Below are positions 34,700-48,391 of a stretch of 64,000 nucleotides of DNA, piece after piece; position 1 is the first letter of the stretch; each line of letters starts with the position of its first letter. Both the position numbers and the translations under genes were made by a program. The stretch spans positions 2,418,001 through 2,482,000 of the forward strand of contig CP089274.1 in the NCBI GenBank assembly GCA_023920165.1, read 5' to 3'. The notes under the pieces were generated by a model. The model saw only the letters and a list, made by a program, of their open reading frames with translations. It made no database searches and was not told the DNA's origin. Source of the DNA: Curvularia clavata. Lineage: Eukaryota.

Positions 34700-35534
34700 C
34701 TTGGCAGTACAAGTTCCATGTCCGTAGGAGTGAAGGAGACCCAGCAGTGTGTGGGTACCATACGGCACCGGTGGCCACTATGGAGGCAAGGTGGATCGTT
34801 ACAGCCACTGCATCATGTTGTTTGGACCTGGCCATGCTCCCAGGCCCAACAGGATGCAGGTATGGGTATTGGATAATGGGACAAAATGGCATGCCACTGG
34901 CGTAACTGACCCACAGGCCCTGAGCCAGAGCACGCGACCCGTTCCCACATTTGGGTCGTGGGCAGTGGGGCTGGACAAGCGACGCCATGGCTTCTGGAGA
35001 GAGCGGAGGCCAAAGTGGACGAACGAGAGCTGGAGATAGCAGCACGTTGTCTTCGGGGTGCGCCTACCTGGGCTCATTGAGCGTGCTTGGCAGCCGTGGC
35101 GCCAAGTCCGCCCAGGAGGCGACCAAGATACTCTCAAAATCTCTGCTACCGCCAAGTCTCAGCGTACACGCATCCGCGAAGCCAATCACAGCACTCCCTT
35201 TGAGCATGCGTTCAATTCACGACCTTACAGCTCACGAGAGCAAGCGTGAACTCGAGGCTATGATTTGATGCGGCGGCAACCACCCGTCTTTCCTGCCGCT
35301 TATCCGTCTTTCCGCTCAAGCATTGCAAAGTCCGCCGAGGTGGTCTTCCACAAGCTTGCCCACCACTACAAGTCCAGTCTCAAAACATGTGTCCGTCGTG
35401 TTCGCTAGGTAACACTCAATCCTTGCAAAGAATGCTTTATTCTTGCCCAAATATGTCCCTTGACATCATGCCAACAGACTCAGAGTCGAGCACAAGACGT
35501 CAACCCATGCTTTTCAAGTTCAGCCTTCGCCAAG
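34700..35534. promoter_or_regulatory. Cluster of PacC/Rim101 consensus sites (GCCARG) plus one CACGTT upstream of PHO89
   Basis: GCCARG on either strand at 34700, 34827, 35086, 35101, 35151 and 35529; CACGTT (Pho4/NUC-1 low-affinity type) at 35043. Confidence 0.55.
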
Positions 35535-37262
35535 TATTCTACATCAAACTGCCATGAACGAAGCATCTTGCAGGCTATTCGCCGTCATGCCCACTCCCTG
35601 AAACGCGTCATGCGCCCCTCACATCAAGTGCAGCTTGAGGTTACATTCTTCAGTCTTGGAATGTACATTCGTACTCGCTATACTTTACATACCTACTCCT
35701 GGATGTCGCGAAGTTATACCCAGACCCCGCAAAACCCTTGTTTGCTTCTTCGCCTGGTCGTTTTCCGGAGGTTCCATGTATGCCAATGTAAGGGTATGCG
35801 AATTTTCTGTGCATATCCGCCGCGGGTACTTGCCACTAGCATTCCGAGTATTTGGTCACTGTGACCCAGGGGCTTCCCTCGCCTATTGGTCAACATCTCC
35901 AACTCTTTCTCCCGAAGCTCGTTTAAGAAGCGCCATACGTGGGTCTCGGTACCTGTAGCAGTCTTTTCGGAACCACCGAGAGTGCGTGGCGTCCGCGGAT
36001 ATAGCCCTGTGTGCCTGAGACCCACTAATGGTGTCTTAGATGGGGTGGGGATTTCGCCTTATTATTTGTTGTTTCTATGGGACATCCAATCAGGGTCATG
36101 CAGTGACCATGTTTCCAGAATGCCTGTCCTTTCTCTTCAGCTACATGGTGTTGAGTCTTTTTCTCCCTTGGCTAATGAAGCAGAAACTATAGTCACAGAG
36201 CCCCCACGTCAATAGAGACACATCCCTACAATACTCTCGGCATAGCTACCTCAGAAAGGATTGAAAAGGGCACTGCAGTACCAGTGGCCAAGAAGGGATA
36301 AAATATGACACACATGACACTCTTGGTATAACAGTATAGCACCACTTCGTCCAGCACCACCACATAGCGACCCGACCTGAACTAACTGTTTGTCACATCC
36401 TAGCCATACAGCTAGCCATCCAATCATCCAATCATCCCATCACACTCTTTGACGTAAAATTTCCCTCACGAGGCCTCTCAGTCTCACCAACCCACATTTA
36501 CACGAAGCCTGAGCTCAACAGTACAGGGCTGACTCTGTGAACCAACCAGCAGGTCGAGCTATGTGTAGGACCAGATTCGATAGAATATGATCAGGCAGCA
36601 CCATTAATCTACTGACAAACGTACATAACCCAGCCGACCCTTTCTCGGCCAGCCAGTTCAAGTCGCCAACTAAACCTTTCGTCCCACGCTCCATCACTTA
36701 CAACCAAAACTATATTCCCTCTTGACACTATCCTCACTCTTCCTTAGCTACCCTTTAAGGATTGGTAGCAAGCTCATGTGTAGACTTCCATTCAAATGCA
36801 GAAAAACATCTTTTCTCCTTTCAAACCATCTCGTCAACATTGTTGTAGTTATTTAACGTCCCAGCCGAGTTAGCCATTGAAACCCCTTTTTTTTACTTTT
36901 GTTTGAAGCAAATTCTGGAATGACACGTCAGCGACATGTAAAGCTATTCAAAGTACTATTCAAGGAAGACTTACGAGTAGCTTTCGCTCTTTCTCTCTCT
37001 TATCTTCTTAAAGTGGCACAAGGTGGCCATAATTTTTTATTGTGATTCCTTTACTAGGCCACAACGCGGCTGTAAGCTTCACACACACATATCGTATTAA
37101 GCCATAAAGTTTCAATAATAAACATTTAAATTTTTGATAAAATGCTAGTAATAACAATCCGCCCGGCCTACGAATTCATGTAGTTTTGCCCGGATCTGGC
37201 GAAGAATCTATCTGTGACAAAGGAAAGCCAGAAACGTAAATGACCATCGACATGCCGCTCGG

Positions 37263-37285
37263 CTCGTCGTCCTCAAGACGACGAG
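37263..37285. repeat. Perfect 9-bp inverted repeat (hairpin)
   Basis: CTCGTCGTC-CTCAA-GACGACGAG. Confidence 0.8.
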
Positions 37286-37663
37286 GCGCACTTCGTATCT
37301 CAGGGTGAGAAGGAAAGAAATACAGAGTTACAACAAAGGAAAATACAACGTGCTGTGCTGGTTCTGCTGTGGTATCTCATATCGAAACCACACACATACT
37401 CTCTCTCTATGCTGTGTTAGTACATATGCTCTATCTCATTTGTGCTTACAAAAGCACAAAGTAAGGGGACGGGGGTATCAAAGGAAAAACTATCAACCAA
37501 AAGAAATGAAAAGCAAACAACACAAACTTTCTATATGCCTCGCTGGTTTTCAACATAAGAGAAAAGAGAGCGTATAATGCAAAACAAGAGGGAAAGGCTA
37601 TGCAGGGCGTGGAGTCGTATATGAGGCATATTCGTTACACGTCCGGATTTTAGTTTCTCTTTT

Positions 37664-37799
37664 CTAGTTTTGCGTCGCATACATATGTAATTGGTCATGT
37701 ATTTGAGGAGTTAGGTGGCGGTATGTTTGTTGCTGGTGGTGCATCATTTGTTGCTGATGTTGGTGTTGTATTTGCTGAAGAGGTTGTTGTCGCTGCTGC

Positions 37800-37830
<31 letters not shown>

Positions 37831-39639
37831 CAGGTTGCCGCATGCCCATCATCGCAACAGGATAGTCCGAAGTCATATCAGACACGGATTGACTAATAGT
37901 CGACGATGGTCTCGAGTTGTTGGAGCTGCTCCTGGACCCCCCAAGTCGATTGCCAATTTTGTGGAGGGGCTTTGTAATCAGCTGACCAAATGACGGACGG
38001 TCGTAGTATTGGGATTCCTCAAACTGAGGAGCTCCGCCGAAGTAATTCGGATACAACGACTCCAATGGGTTAGGGGTAGACTTGGCTTGATCCATGTACT
38101 CATTCGAGTACATCTGAGCCTGCTGATCGTGATCGATGATCGGGGTGTGTGCAATTGGTGTGTGCATGGTGGCCGTACTCATAGCCGGTGGAAGATCGGG
38201 TATAGCCGGCTGCGCCACGTCGAGGTAATCTCCAGGGTCCACGTCCATGTAGCTAATACGGTGATTGGCCGTGTCGACCGCAGGCGACTGTGGATCCATA
38301 AATGGAGAAGACGCCGAGTCGTAATTTGGTAAATGAGATAAGGCGCTGCTTGCGCGGAGCAACGCCGCATTGACGGTTGCAAGGCGGGCGCGTGCAACAT
38401 GTGGGTTAGAGTCTCCGATAAGAACATGCATGCGCTGCTCACGCGATAGCTTCTCGACGTTGGGAACAGAGTCCCTGGATGGGGTAACGAAGCCTGGAGG
38501 CAACTGCTGATCGGCGGGGTCTAGCGGCATGTCAGAGCGCAGGCTCAGGGCAGTGATCAAGACCTCTTCGCGGCTCGGTCGGAGATCACAGCATTGAAGC
38601 TTCTGTCGGAGGATCCTCGAGTTGTCAGGGCACCAGCTGATCTGGGACCGACTTTGGCGTAGTCGTTCGTCCAGACACGACATTAGTTCTTTCCAGGTAT
38701 CGTAGAGTGCTTCTTGGCGGATCAAATTTCGGATGACGTTGGAGTACTTCCATTGGTCTATTGTCGCGCCGTTCTTCATGTGCTTTGCCACGTGATCGCA
38801 TCGCTCGTCCCACCCGATGCTGACCTCCTTGCACTTGTCGAAGCCGCAACCAAACACTCTTCGTGGGAGGAGAGTGATGCCAATGTCTGTCAATGATGGC
38901 AGGGGACGGCCGGTATGATAGCGCTGATGATGCTTGATGAAGTCCTTTTGGCGGTCGAAGATGCGATTGCAGCCGTTTACAATACACGGCCAGTCTTCTC
39001 CCGTCTCGTGCATTCTCATCTCATGCTTCTTCCAGTCAGATTTGGCCTTGAACGTCTTCTGGTTCTTCTGTTCGGCGCAATACGTGCAGAACATGTAAGA
39101 TTCGCCCGCCTGGCTTTGCGACTTGTTGTCGTCGTCGGCAAACAAGACGGGCGATGCAACGCTCAGATCATCGGTTGGCGTGCTGCTTGGCTCGATCTTG
39201 AGATCCAGCGGGCTGTCGGTATCCGAAGGCATCGCAGCAGGTACCGGCCGGGTGGGATCCAATCCAATGGGATACGAGCGTGGTTCTGAGCGCTTGGGCT
39301 GGGAACGTAGCGAAGACGACGACGACGCCAAGGAAGAAGGCCTGTTGCTGCTGCTGGACGAAGTGGAAAAGGTGGATGTCATTGACAGGCGAGAGCGCCA
39401 TGACGAGGCTGATGAAGTCGTCGTCGATGAGCTGACGGTGCTGGTGGACATGAAAGACAAGGCAGCGGAATTTCGGCCTGAAGTGGGTGAGGGCATGGAC
39501 AAGAGTGAGGAGAGGGTGACTACCTACGTGAGTCTAGGGCCTGGGAGAACATGCGCTGGATCAGATGGGGAGGATGCCTTGCGAGCAGGGCCTCGATGTG
39601 TCGCATCGATTCCTCTGGGATGTCGACATTGTCGTCCAT
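37664..39639 (-). CDS. C2H2 zinc-finger transcription factor with Ser-rich N-terminus and poly-Gln C-terminus
   Basis: Exon 1 39639-39528 (MDDNVDIPEESMRHIEALL...), intron 39527-39478 (GTAGGT..CAG), in frame with the 612-aa ORF. Three fingers: CTYC..HEMRMH, CIVNGC..HHQRYH and CGFDKC..HVAKH. Confidence 0.9.
37793..37828 (-). repeat. Mixed CAG/CAA trinucleotide tract encoding Q12
   Basis: Twelve consecutive CAG/CAA codons inside the C2H2 gene. Confidence 0.95.
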
Positions 39640-42600
39640 GGTTGCGGTGGAGCCGCGTGCTCAAATGAGGGTGGGCGTGGAGAGGTACTTATTGCACATG
39701 CCCACCGAACCCCGCGCAGCAGCGTCGCCGAAACGAGAGGGGACGTGGAGAGGACAGCAGATGAGGTGGCAAGGGGAGGTGGGGAGGGGGGAGGTATCCA
39801 GGTGTTTGTGCGGTGAGACTGGGGAGCCAAGGGATGGAGAATCGTGTATCCGAGCAGGCATCAGCTGCAGTTGGTGCGACAAGTTGATATAGCAGCGGGA
39901 TCACCTCACCCAAGATTGCAGCGGGGAGGGCGGAAACGGCACTCTTCTAGAAGGCGTATGGAAGGAGTGTAGAAGCAGCTAAACGAGGGCTGCGCGCGAG
40001 CGGCCCAGTGCGCAGCGCCGACAGGACCACCAGCCCTGGTTTGGCCTCAAAGCTGGGGCAAGGCTGAGGGTGCGACAGGCATGCCAGTGTGTAGCGTGTT
40101 TGACTTGTGCGTGCTTGGTCGAGGTGCGCGGAGACGGACCAAGGCGATGAAAGGCGGCGAAAAGGGAGCCAGTCTTGGGGAGCAGGCTCGTCGCGACACC
40201 GAGGGAGAGAAGGATGGCCCAGTCAGTGAGTGTCTTGTTGCTGTTCCGAGGGCAAGAGGGCGACGGCGACGACGACGACGAGGGCTGGCGAGGGCTGGCA
40301 GCATGCATGCTAAGGGGCTCTCAGACCGGTACCTGGCCTGGATGACGCACCGCTGGGATTCCCAAAGCGGAATAGCGGCGTGATGAGAGCCATGCTACTC
40401 ACATACAGCACGGTGGGTCCTCTTCGATATCGTTGCGTTGCACGCTCCATGGCGCCGTCGCTTGGCAAACGCGCACACAGACTGGCTCCACGAGCACTGA
40501 ACAAGGTGCCATGCCATGAACACGTGGAGTGGTGTCCCGGCTGTCGACTTGTCCAAATGGCTTTGTTTGACCAAGACGCATCCGTCGCCATGGCCGTCGC
40601 CGTTCCTCCTCGCCGCCGCCGCACAAGACAGAGACTCCAACACCATGTCCGCGACGACCGACTTGAGACACGGTGGCTGACCAAACGGGGTGCTGACAGC
40701 AGGGAGCACCTTCCCCGTGCGTCCACCACCGGCCATGTATGTCCGGCGCCTTTGATCCCACAGTGACAAGCAGGCGCTGACAACTGTCATGGCCCACGAG
40801 GTTGCGGCCCTGTACCGAAGCTCAAGTCATCCTGTCACCCATCCCGCCGTCTGCTCGACAACCACACGGAAGCCTGCCGGGACGGCCAGCAACCCAAGGC
40901 CTGGCTAAATGCACCAGCCCGCCAGAAAGGGTCCTGGCTAGCGTCATTGGCTGCGACAAATAAGGTCAAGACGGTGCCATTAATTAACCCAGCGCCACAC
41001 GCTTCTTTGGCTGCTTCGCCATGTGGAATCCTGCACCACCACCCATCCCCAAAGTTTATACATCGTATTTGACCCTGTTGGAGTCGGGCGTTGGATCCCG
41101 CCCAATCAACGCCCATGGCACGGCGTGGGCTTGGGCGTGCTTCACGTGATCATACTCCAAGCAGGACCCTTGGTCGCCCATAGCCCGGAACTTTCCCACC
41201 ATGGCTGCCATGTCTCTCCAAGTCTCCAACCTTCTGGTAGTGCATTTTCCTGTTCTTTCGGCATCTAGATCTTCTGGTCTAAAAAAAAAATCGTGCCTGG
41301 TAAACTGCCGTAATGGGTACATCCAGCTATGCGCAGAAGCCCTCGCTGCACTGCAAGTATGCCGATTTAGAACGGCACAGACCGAGCACAACAGTAGGCC
41401 TGTCCTTGCTAGGCGCGTCCAAAGACGAGAGCGAGAATTCTTCCGACAAGAATCCAAGTGCAAAAAGTAATACCTGTCGTTCAATACGTAGTGAATAAAT
41501 TCCGATAAACAACATCACGTGAGACAATGATATATCTAGTCAGGCACTGCAGTACTCTACCAAGATGTATATCAATGTCGATCTGCATACAGAGGCTACT
41601 GTACCCGTACAAAATCAAGCACCAGCGACCACACTACACGTCGCTCAAGTGCCGATCTCGTACCAACACACTACAGAATGCTATCCATCCACAAGTGCAC
41701 CGCACCATGTTAGTAGACTGCACTACCACTCCACACTTTCAAACGTCCAATCAGCGCAGAGGGACTACATCTTGCGCGACAACTTCAGCAGCCACAAAAG
41801 CCTGCCACTGCTAACGGGCAACATCAACCGCATTGCACTGGCGACAAGCACATGCACCCGCCCTGCAACACCTCCAAAACGGCACCGCGGCCAGTCGGGA
41901 CCTCCCCGTCGACCCGACTTTGCCTCGTCGCCAATCTGCCCTCTTTCCAATACACTAACATCATGCCATTGCTCACCACAATAGCATTCCAGCGCTCGGA
42001 CGCGATCCACACTCGCCTACGTCCGCGCTGCACCCAATTGATTACTTACAGTACGCCTCGGAGACGGCACGATACTCACTTATTTAACCGCATTCCAATT
42101 CCCGGGTTGATGCGCTCCGAACTGGCAGCGGAGGTCCAACGGCGATGGCACCGACAACCAAATCCAGCCTATCCACTAGGACGGCCTTGTCGCCGACCCA
42201 CAGCAAACGTGAAAGGGGCAATACATAGTAGTACACACTACCCCGGCTCTTGATGCGACATGAAACACGTGCTCTCGTCTATGTGTTTTGGAGTAACTTT
42301 GACAAGCGGTGAAAGCATCAAGCCCTCCAGACGCCAGCAAAACTGTATCTGCAATAACGTACCATTTTTGATTTATTTTGGTTTTTTAGTTTTTGGATTT
42401 GACAGGATTTACCAGTCTCAAGGTTACATTGAAGGCGCCAATAGTTCTTGGCAGCAACTGGTAATCTTTGAATTTGTTTCTGGGGAAGATCAAGGATTTG
42501 CCTGGTTCACTTTGCATCGGGAATATCCTTGCATGCATGCTAGACCTGGGAACGCCTCTCGCTCGACTTGCCAACTCTACAGTTCCCAAGAAAATGGTAC

Positions 42601-42762
42601 AGACAAATGCATATTGTAAAGTCGAGAACAGAGAACAATTGCGTATTCAACGTCTCGTCTCTCCATGCCTCCAATGGCCTCAATAGCCACGGCTGATCAA
42701 AAATCGATTAGGAAAAAAAAATATAGACAAGAATTGAACCACCCAATCCAACTACACACTCA

Positions 42763-44087
42763 TCACACCGTAAAATGCCCATCACAGTCAAAATCCCCCT
42801 CTGTCCTGAAGTTACACAAACTCTCCTTTCCTCCGCCCCTAATATCCACGTCATCTATCGTAATCCCCTCACAGCTGCCCTCTCCACACAGAATATAATA
42901 ATTCCTCGCCTCCTCGTTCGCCGTGCCCTTGATGTTCCTCATGGTAATATTCTGGATCTTGACGCCATTGGTGGGGTTGCCTGTAGGGCCGCCATTCAGG
43001 TAGTCCTGCTGGATATCGATGCCGTAGATGGAAATGTTCTCAACGTAGATGTTTTCAAAGTGGATGTTGGAGATGAGGCCGGTGGTGTTGGAGTTTGATT
43101 TTATGCGTGCGCCGTTTTCGGCATTGAGGACGACCGAGTTGGTGAAGCTGACGCCGTCGACAACATTATCTAGTAGCCGTTAGCAAGACTTGCATTAAGT
43201 GTTGAGATTTCGCGCCCGGGGGGGGGGTTTGTTTCTGGACGGTCGAGTTTGACAAGAATGGAAATTAACGTACTGGACTTTCCGCCAACAGATCCAATCG
43301 AGAGACCATGACTGCCATTGCAATACATGTTATTCACGGTAATCCTGTTTCCGCTCGTCACGGCCACGCAGTCATCCTGGTTAATCACGATGCTGTCCCG
43401 CACAGTTGTGTCGTTACAGCTCGAAACACCAAAGCCATCGCTATTATGCGCGGCAGGCAGACCGTTAGAATTGGCATTCGGCGCGTATCCTGCGCTGTTG
43501 TTCAGCGTGATGTGGTGGATATCCACTCCCGCGCTGTTACTAATGCTGAAGCAGTGAACAGGATAGTTCTGGATGTAGATGTGGTGCACCGAGCTCTTTC
43601 CTGTCACCTTCGTCACTTCGATAAAGTGGTTAGGCTTGGTGCGCCCGCCATTACTGCCCAGGCCGTCCCACCACGCCTGGCCGTTTCCATCGAGAATGGC
43701 GGTTGGTTCGGCGGTGATTTCGATATCACGGCCACCCACTTTGATGAAAGCGTAGTTGGCGTTGGCGTATTGCCAGAAGGTTTTTCCCTTGAAGACGACT
43801 TTGGATCCGGTCTTGAGCTTGGATAGATCAATGGTACCGTTACCGGGGACGGTGATGCTGTCGAGCGTGATAGAAGTGCAATTTGCTACTGCAGTGGGGA
43901 TGGCACTATATTGCGTCACGTGGCATGCATCTGGGGTGTGTGTTGGTGATGGTGGTGCTGGTGCTTTGCAAGCCCCGTGAGTGCCTTGGCCAATTATAGC
44001 CAGGAGGCTGCAGAGAACTGTTGGATCTGTTAACACTCAAGATCCTTCTTACAAGGACCTTCGTCTTTTCTTACGATCAGGCAACAT
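42763..44087 (-). CDS. Secreted endo-polygalacturonase (GH28)
   Basis: 13-nt exon 1 (44087-44075); introns 44074-44018 and 43273-43170; signal peptide MLPDLLCSLLAIIGQGTHG. GH28 motifs HNSDG, NQDDC, GSHGLSIGS and GARIKS; stop TGA at 42765-42763. Confidence 0.93.
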
Positions 44088-45334
44088 GATGGCGAAGAAA
44101 ACCCTAGCTTCTGGAAAACCGCAGGCAAGACAAGGTGCATACACATAGCAGGCCCCCATCTATATACCCGACTCACCACCGGAGATTCGCCACGGCCTGG
44201 CCACGACGTTATTTCCCCGTCTCGGCCATCTGTCTCCACACGCGTCGAATTGCGCTTTCGAATTAGGCATCGCGAACCCACGATAATCGGGTACTCGCAC
44301 GCACTGCAATCCACTTCAATCTCGCCTCTGCGCGGCACACACCAAGCACACCCAAGCACCTAAGCCAAGCGCAAACAAGCCTCCTCGCACGAAGGATTCT
44401 TGTGAGTGGATGTCCGCGTTCTAGACGACCGAACTATAGGTTCAGGCATCCCGCAAGGACATCTTCTATTCCTCTGTTTCGTGGAAGAAGTAGCCAGGCC
44501 GCGCGTGGGATGTGTTTAAAAAGCCTACTGTTGTCGTACAAATACATGCCTAGAGGTAAAGATAGGCGGAAGAACTCCTTTCCGTCCAAACAGCCAAAAG
44601 CGCAACTCGATTCGGGAGGGGGGAACGTCAGTGCGCAGCAAGACACGGGCGGAAATAACATCAGGGGCACGTTTCTGTGGCGGCCGAGGGTAGTCCCGGC
44701 TGCAATGAACAAGACAGCAGAAAGTGTATGATTGAACACTCGTTTACTTGTATCATTATTCTTTTCTTGATGTGCAAGGGTTGAGCACACAGGGCGCGTG
44801 AAAAGCAAACCCACCGCCGCATTCCCCACGTCTTCAAACGAAGAAAAAAGCAGATGGCCGTCAAGGGGACAAGACTGGTGTTCCCACTGGCAACGGGCTT
44901 GGCATATCTTGTTTTTTCCCGTAGATTTGTCCGATAGATAGACCCCACTCCACCCCTAGAACGCTCCACTTGGAAATGGGTGGGTGCCAAGAAGGGTCTA
45001 TTCTGGTGAATGGATGGATACGTAGGCATGTCAGCAGACGGGCTGGCTGAGTAATCCTGCTGCTGATATGCATAGCCTCAGGACTGGCTTGCCAGTCTGG
45101 TATAAGTTGTTTCATATTTAGATATACGGATGCTATGAAGTGACAGATAGCACACTCCTTCATCTTTTCCCATTCGCGGAACAAGATTTAAAAAAGAAAA
45201 AAGAACTTAACGAAAAGGAAAGTCTAAACATGCTGTATTCACAAAACTTGATCATAACACATCTATATACCAAAAACACTTCTATTCTAACCGCCTCCAT
45301 CATTCTCTTTGAAAAGAACCCCAAACTCCTCATC

Positions 45335-46975
45335 TTAATGTGCCTCCGCCACCTCTCCCTTCTTCTCCCCTGCCCCATGCCGGAAATCAGGCGTGCTAGG
45401 CCGTGATCTCTCCCCTCCAAAGAACGCAATATTCTCCCTGAGCGCAACATACTCGCTATCTGCGTACCCGAGCGCCTCGCTAATCTGCGTCGAATGCAAC
45501 CCCTTGATGCGACGGATCTCTGTAGCCGAGTAATTGACAACAGCTCTTCCGATCTCAAAAGGCGCCGGGTTGTGCAGTTCAAAGGACGGAGGGTGCTGTG
45601 AGGATGAAGTAGAAGCAGATGAAAGGATATGTGAAGAAGACGAAGGGGTGAGGGGATGCCGCATGGGTATCGGGGCGTGGACGCCATGGGCTGCGGCGCC
45701 AGGAGTGGTGGGGTGGTGGCTGGGTGAAGCCGGAGTTGGGGTTTGGGAGGATTTAGAGGAGGAAGAGAGACGTTTTACCACGACGATGCGGACGGCTTCT
45801 TGTTGGGCAAAGTGGCCATCTACGTCTACAATGCCGACGGGCAGGAGTCCGGCTTTGTCGCTGAGAGCGGCCCAGGCTCCTTGGTCGATGTATATTGTGC
45901 CGTGGGGCGCGAGACCGTGGAGGATCCAGAAGTAGCGGTCTCGGATGGGGTTGGATATGGGAAGGAAACGAGTGTGCAATGGGCATGGGTCTTCTGTTTG
46001 TGGTGTTGATGGCTGATCGCCTAGGGATGTTATCGACGCCGAAAGGTCTTGGTTGGCATCTTGAGATGGTGCTTGTGCGTTGCTTTCTTCTTGAAAATTG
46101 GTGACCGAGTTGCGACTCGATATCCTTGGTTTCCTCTGCTTCTCCGCGTACGTAATGATGCTCGAGATATTACCTGGCTTGTCACTCTTGGTGATGACTG
46201 TAGTCACGCCGGCACTGGTTGCCAGTCTCGCTGCCACTATCTTTGTACTCATGCCGCCAGTACCGAGCGAACTTCCCGCAGAACTGACATCGGCCGCCAG
46301 CTCAGCAATATCCTCAACGACGGTAATCGACTTTGCATCAGGATGCGTCCGTGGATTCTTGTCGTACAAGCAGTCTACATCCGTCATGAGGAAAAGGTAG
46401 TCTGCCTGTACCATAGCCGCTGTAATTGCACTCAACGTGTCATTGTCGCCAAACTTGATTTCTGTAACGGCAAGCGTATCGTTCTCGTTGACAATAGGAA
46501 TAACGCCCATACTGAGCAGCTCAATAAAGGTATTCTGCGCATTCTGGTACTGTGTCCGGTCTGCAATGTCGTTTCTCGTCAGCAGTACCTGTGCAATTGG
46601 CTGCTCCAGGTTGCCAAACAGCTGATCCCACAGCGACATCAGTCTACTCTGGCCAATGGCAGCGAGCGCCTGCACTTGTGGAAGATGTTTGGGACGGCGT
46701 GGAAGGTTCATGCGGCGTAAGCCCACGCCAATAGCGCCCGAAGAGACGATTACGACCCGGTGGCCAGCAGCGCGCAGACTGCATGCTGTCTCGACAATGA
46801 GAGAGAGGATGGAGAGGAGAGGCTGGTGGGTTTTCTCGTCCACTATGGAGGAAGTGCCTGGGTATGTTGGTCAGGTGCTCTCTTCTTTCTGACGTGACAT
46901 CTGTACAGTTTTGTATTTACCCAGCTTTATGACGACAGTGAGCTGACCCGGCAGCTTGCGCATGTGGACGGCCAT
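45335..46975 (-). CDS. PRO1: Glutamate 5-kinase with PUA domain
   Basis: Intron 46920-46858 gives VVIKLGTSSI; motifs VSSGAI, PIVNENDT, KFGDNDTLSA and GTGGMSTKI. Confidence 0.96.
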
Positions 46976-47320
46976 GGTGGTAAAAAGTGTAGGGCGAATC
47001 TCAGACTGGCAATTGACGTTTGCGAGTTGAAGGAGGCAGTCAGGAGAGAAAATCTGCGGCCTCTAGCCAGCTATACAAAGAAACTCGTAACTTTTATATC
47101 CGCGCGCAATAGATGACTGGAAGCAGCCCAAAGTTCCCTCGCAACCGATCTTCGGGCTGCCCCTGCTTGCGGTGACGTCTGCCCTCCGATTGGCTCCCCG
47201 CGCTTCCCATCTTGCTCGTCCCCCCCAATCTCCACCCAAACTTTTCGCCGATGGGCCATCCAACAGCAAAGCCACCCAGACGACTGTTTCCAGTCCAACC
47301 GAACACATCGAACACACAAA

Positions 47321-48046
47321 ATGCCTGAGTCCGAAACAGCACCCGATGGCGCCTCCCTCTCCGCCATGGCGCAGCCACCTCCCGCAAAAATTGACCCTGT
47401 ATACTACACCTGGTCGAGCGCCTTCAACATCATGCTTGGCCGAATGACAGGCCAGCGCGACATTCCACTCGAGAAGAACTACTTTGCCGAAATGGACTCG
47501 ATCAAAGCCGATTCCATCTGCCGCCGTTGCGAGTCCAACAAAGAATATCTCCTACAATACAGCCCCATTATCCGCTTCATGCAGGACGAGGTGTACAAGC
47601 TAGGCGGCGACCTAAACAAAGACAACATTCTGTGTCGCATGTGTACGAATGAACAGAGCGGCGGCTTCTCGCTTGAGCATGGTATCTTGCTCTGCGCAAA
47701 CAAGTTTCGGAATCGGGGCCACCAAGAGGATACCATGGCACATGAGATGGTGCACGCTTGGGATCATTTGAAGTTCAAGGTGGAACCGGATAACCTGCGC
47801 CATCAGGCTTGCTTGGAAATCAGAGCGTCGACACTGTCTGGCGAGTGCAGGTTTACGCGCGAGTTCTTTACGAGGAATCAGTGGAGGATTACGGAGCAAT
47901 TGCAGGCTTGTGTAAGGAGGAGAGCTACGCTGAGTATGATGGCTAGACCAGGGATCAGGGACCAGGAACATGCGGGCAAGGTGGTGAATGAGGTCTGGGA
48001 GAGCTGCTTCAGGGATACCAGGCCGTTTGATGAAATCTACCGGTAA
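47321..48046 (+). CDS. ATP23: Mitochondrial inner-membrane metalloprotease Atp23 (peptidase M76)
   Basis: HEMVH zinc motif, [14 protein letters not shown] and [12 protein letters not shown]. Confidence 0.95.
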   Translation: MPESETAPDGASLSAMAQPPPAKIDPVYYTWSSAFNIMLGRMTGQRDIPLEKNYFAEMDSIKADSICRRCESNKEYLLQYSPIIRFMQDEVYKLGGDLNKDNILCRMCTNEQSGGFSLEHGILLCANKFRNRGHQEDTMAHEMVHAWDHLKFKVEPDNLRHQACLEIRASTLSGECRFTREFFTRNQWRITEQLQACVRRRATLSMMARPGIRDQEHAGKVVNEVWESCFRDTRPFDEIYR

Positions 48047-48391
48047 CAGTAAGAGAGGCGAGGACTGTTGTATGATACTGTATTGGATATTGGGAACAAT
48101 TGCTCCACACTTGCATAGCGAATGGCGTTCAGCTGGGGAAAATCGAACAAGCATCACAAATCTTCGCTCAAGACGATACAAAGCAGAAAGTTGTTCATGA
48201 AGTTGACGTGTTGGATTGATTAATGAAAAGTGAAATGCAATAGTAAGTAAACGCCGCGAAGAGAGAAAACGGCCGCTAGCAAGAACTCCGAGTAATGCGG
48301 CTAGATCAAAAAATTCAAGTGACTTCCGTGTGTTGCGCCTGTTCGCCGTCATCAAGTGAAACGTAAAGCAGATGGGCATCCAAGACTGGGT

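Noticed and set aside
34559..34768. 70-aa N-terminal extension of Pho89 in the ORF track
   Set aside because: Starts at GTG and spans a TATA-like element (~34666). The ATG at 34558 has good context (ACCATGG) and matches the family start.
39979..42700. Cluster of overlapping 80-157 aa ORFs
   Set aside because: No family motifs, no consistent splice model, mutually overlapping; typical of GC-rich non-coding DNA.
43217..43227. Poly-G run as a G-quadruplex or regulatory element
   Set aside because: Simple homopolymer inside a PG intron; no other support.
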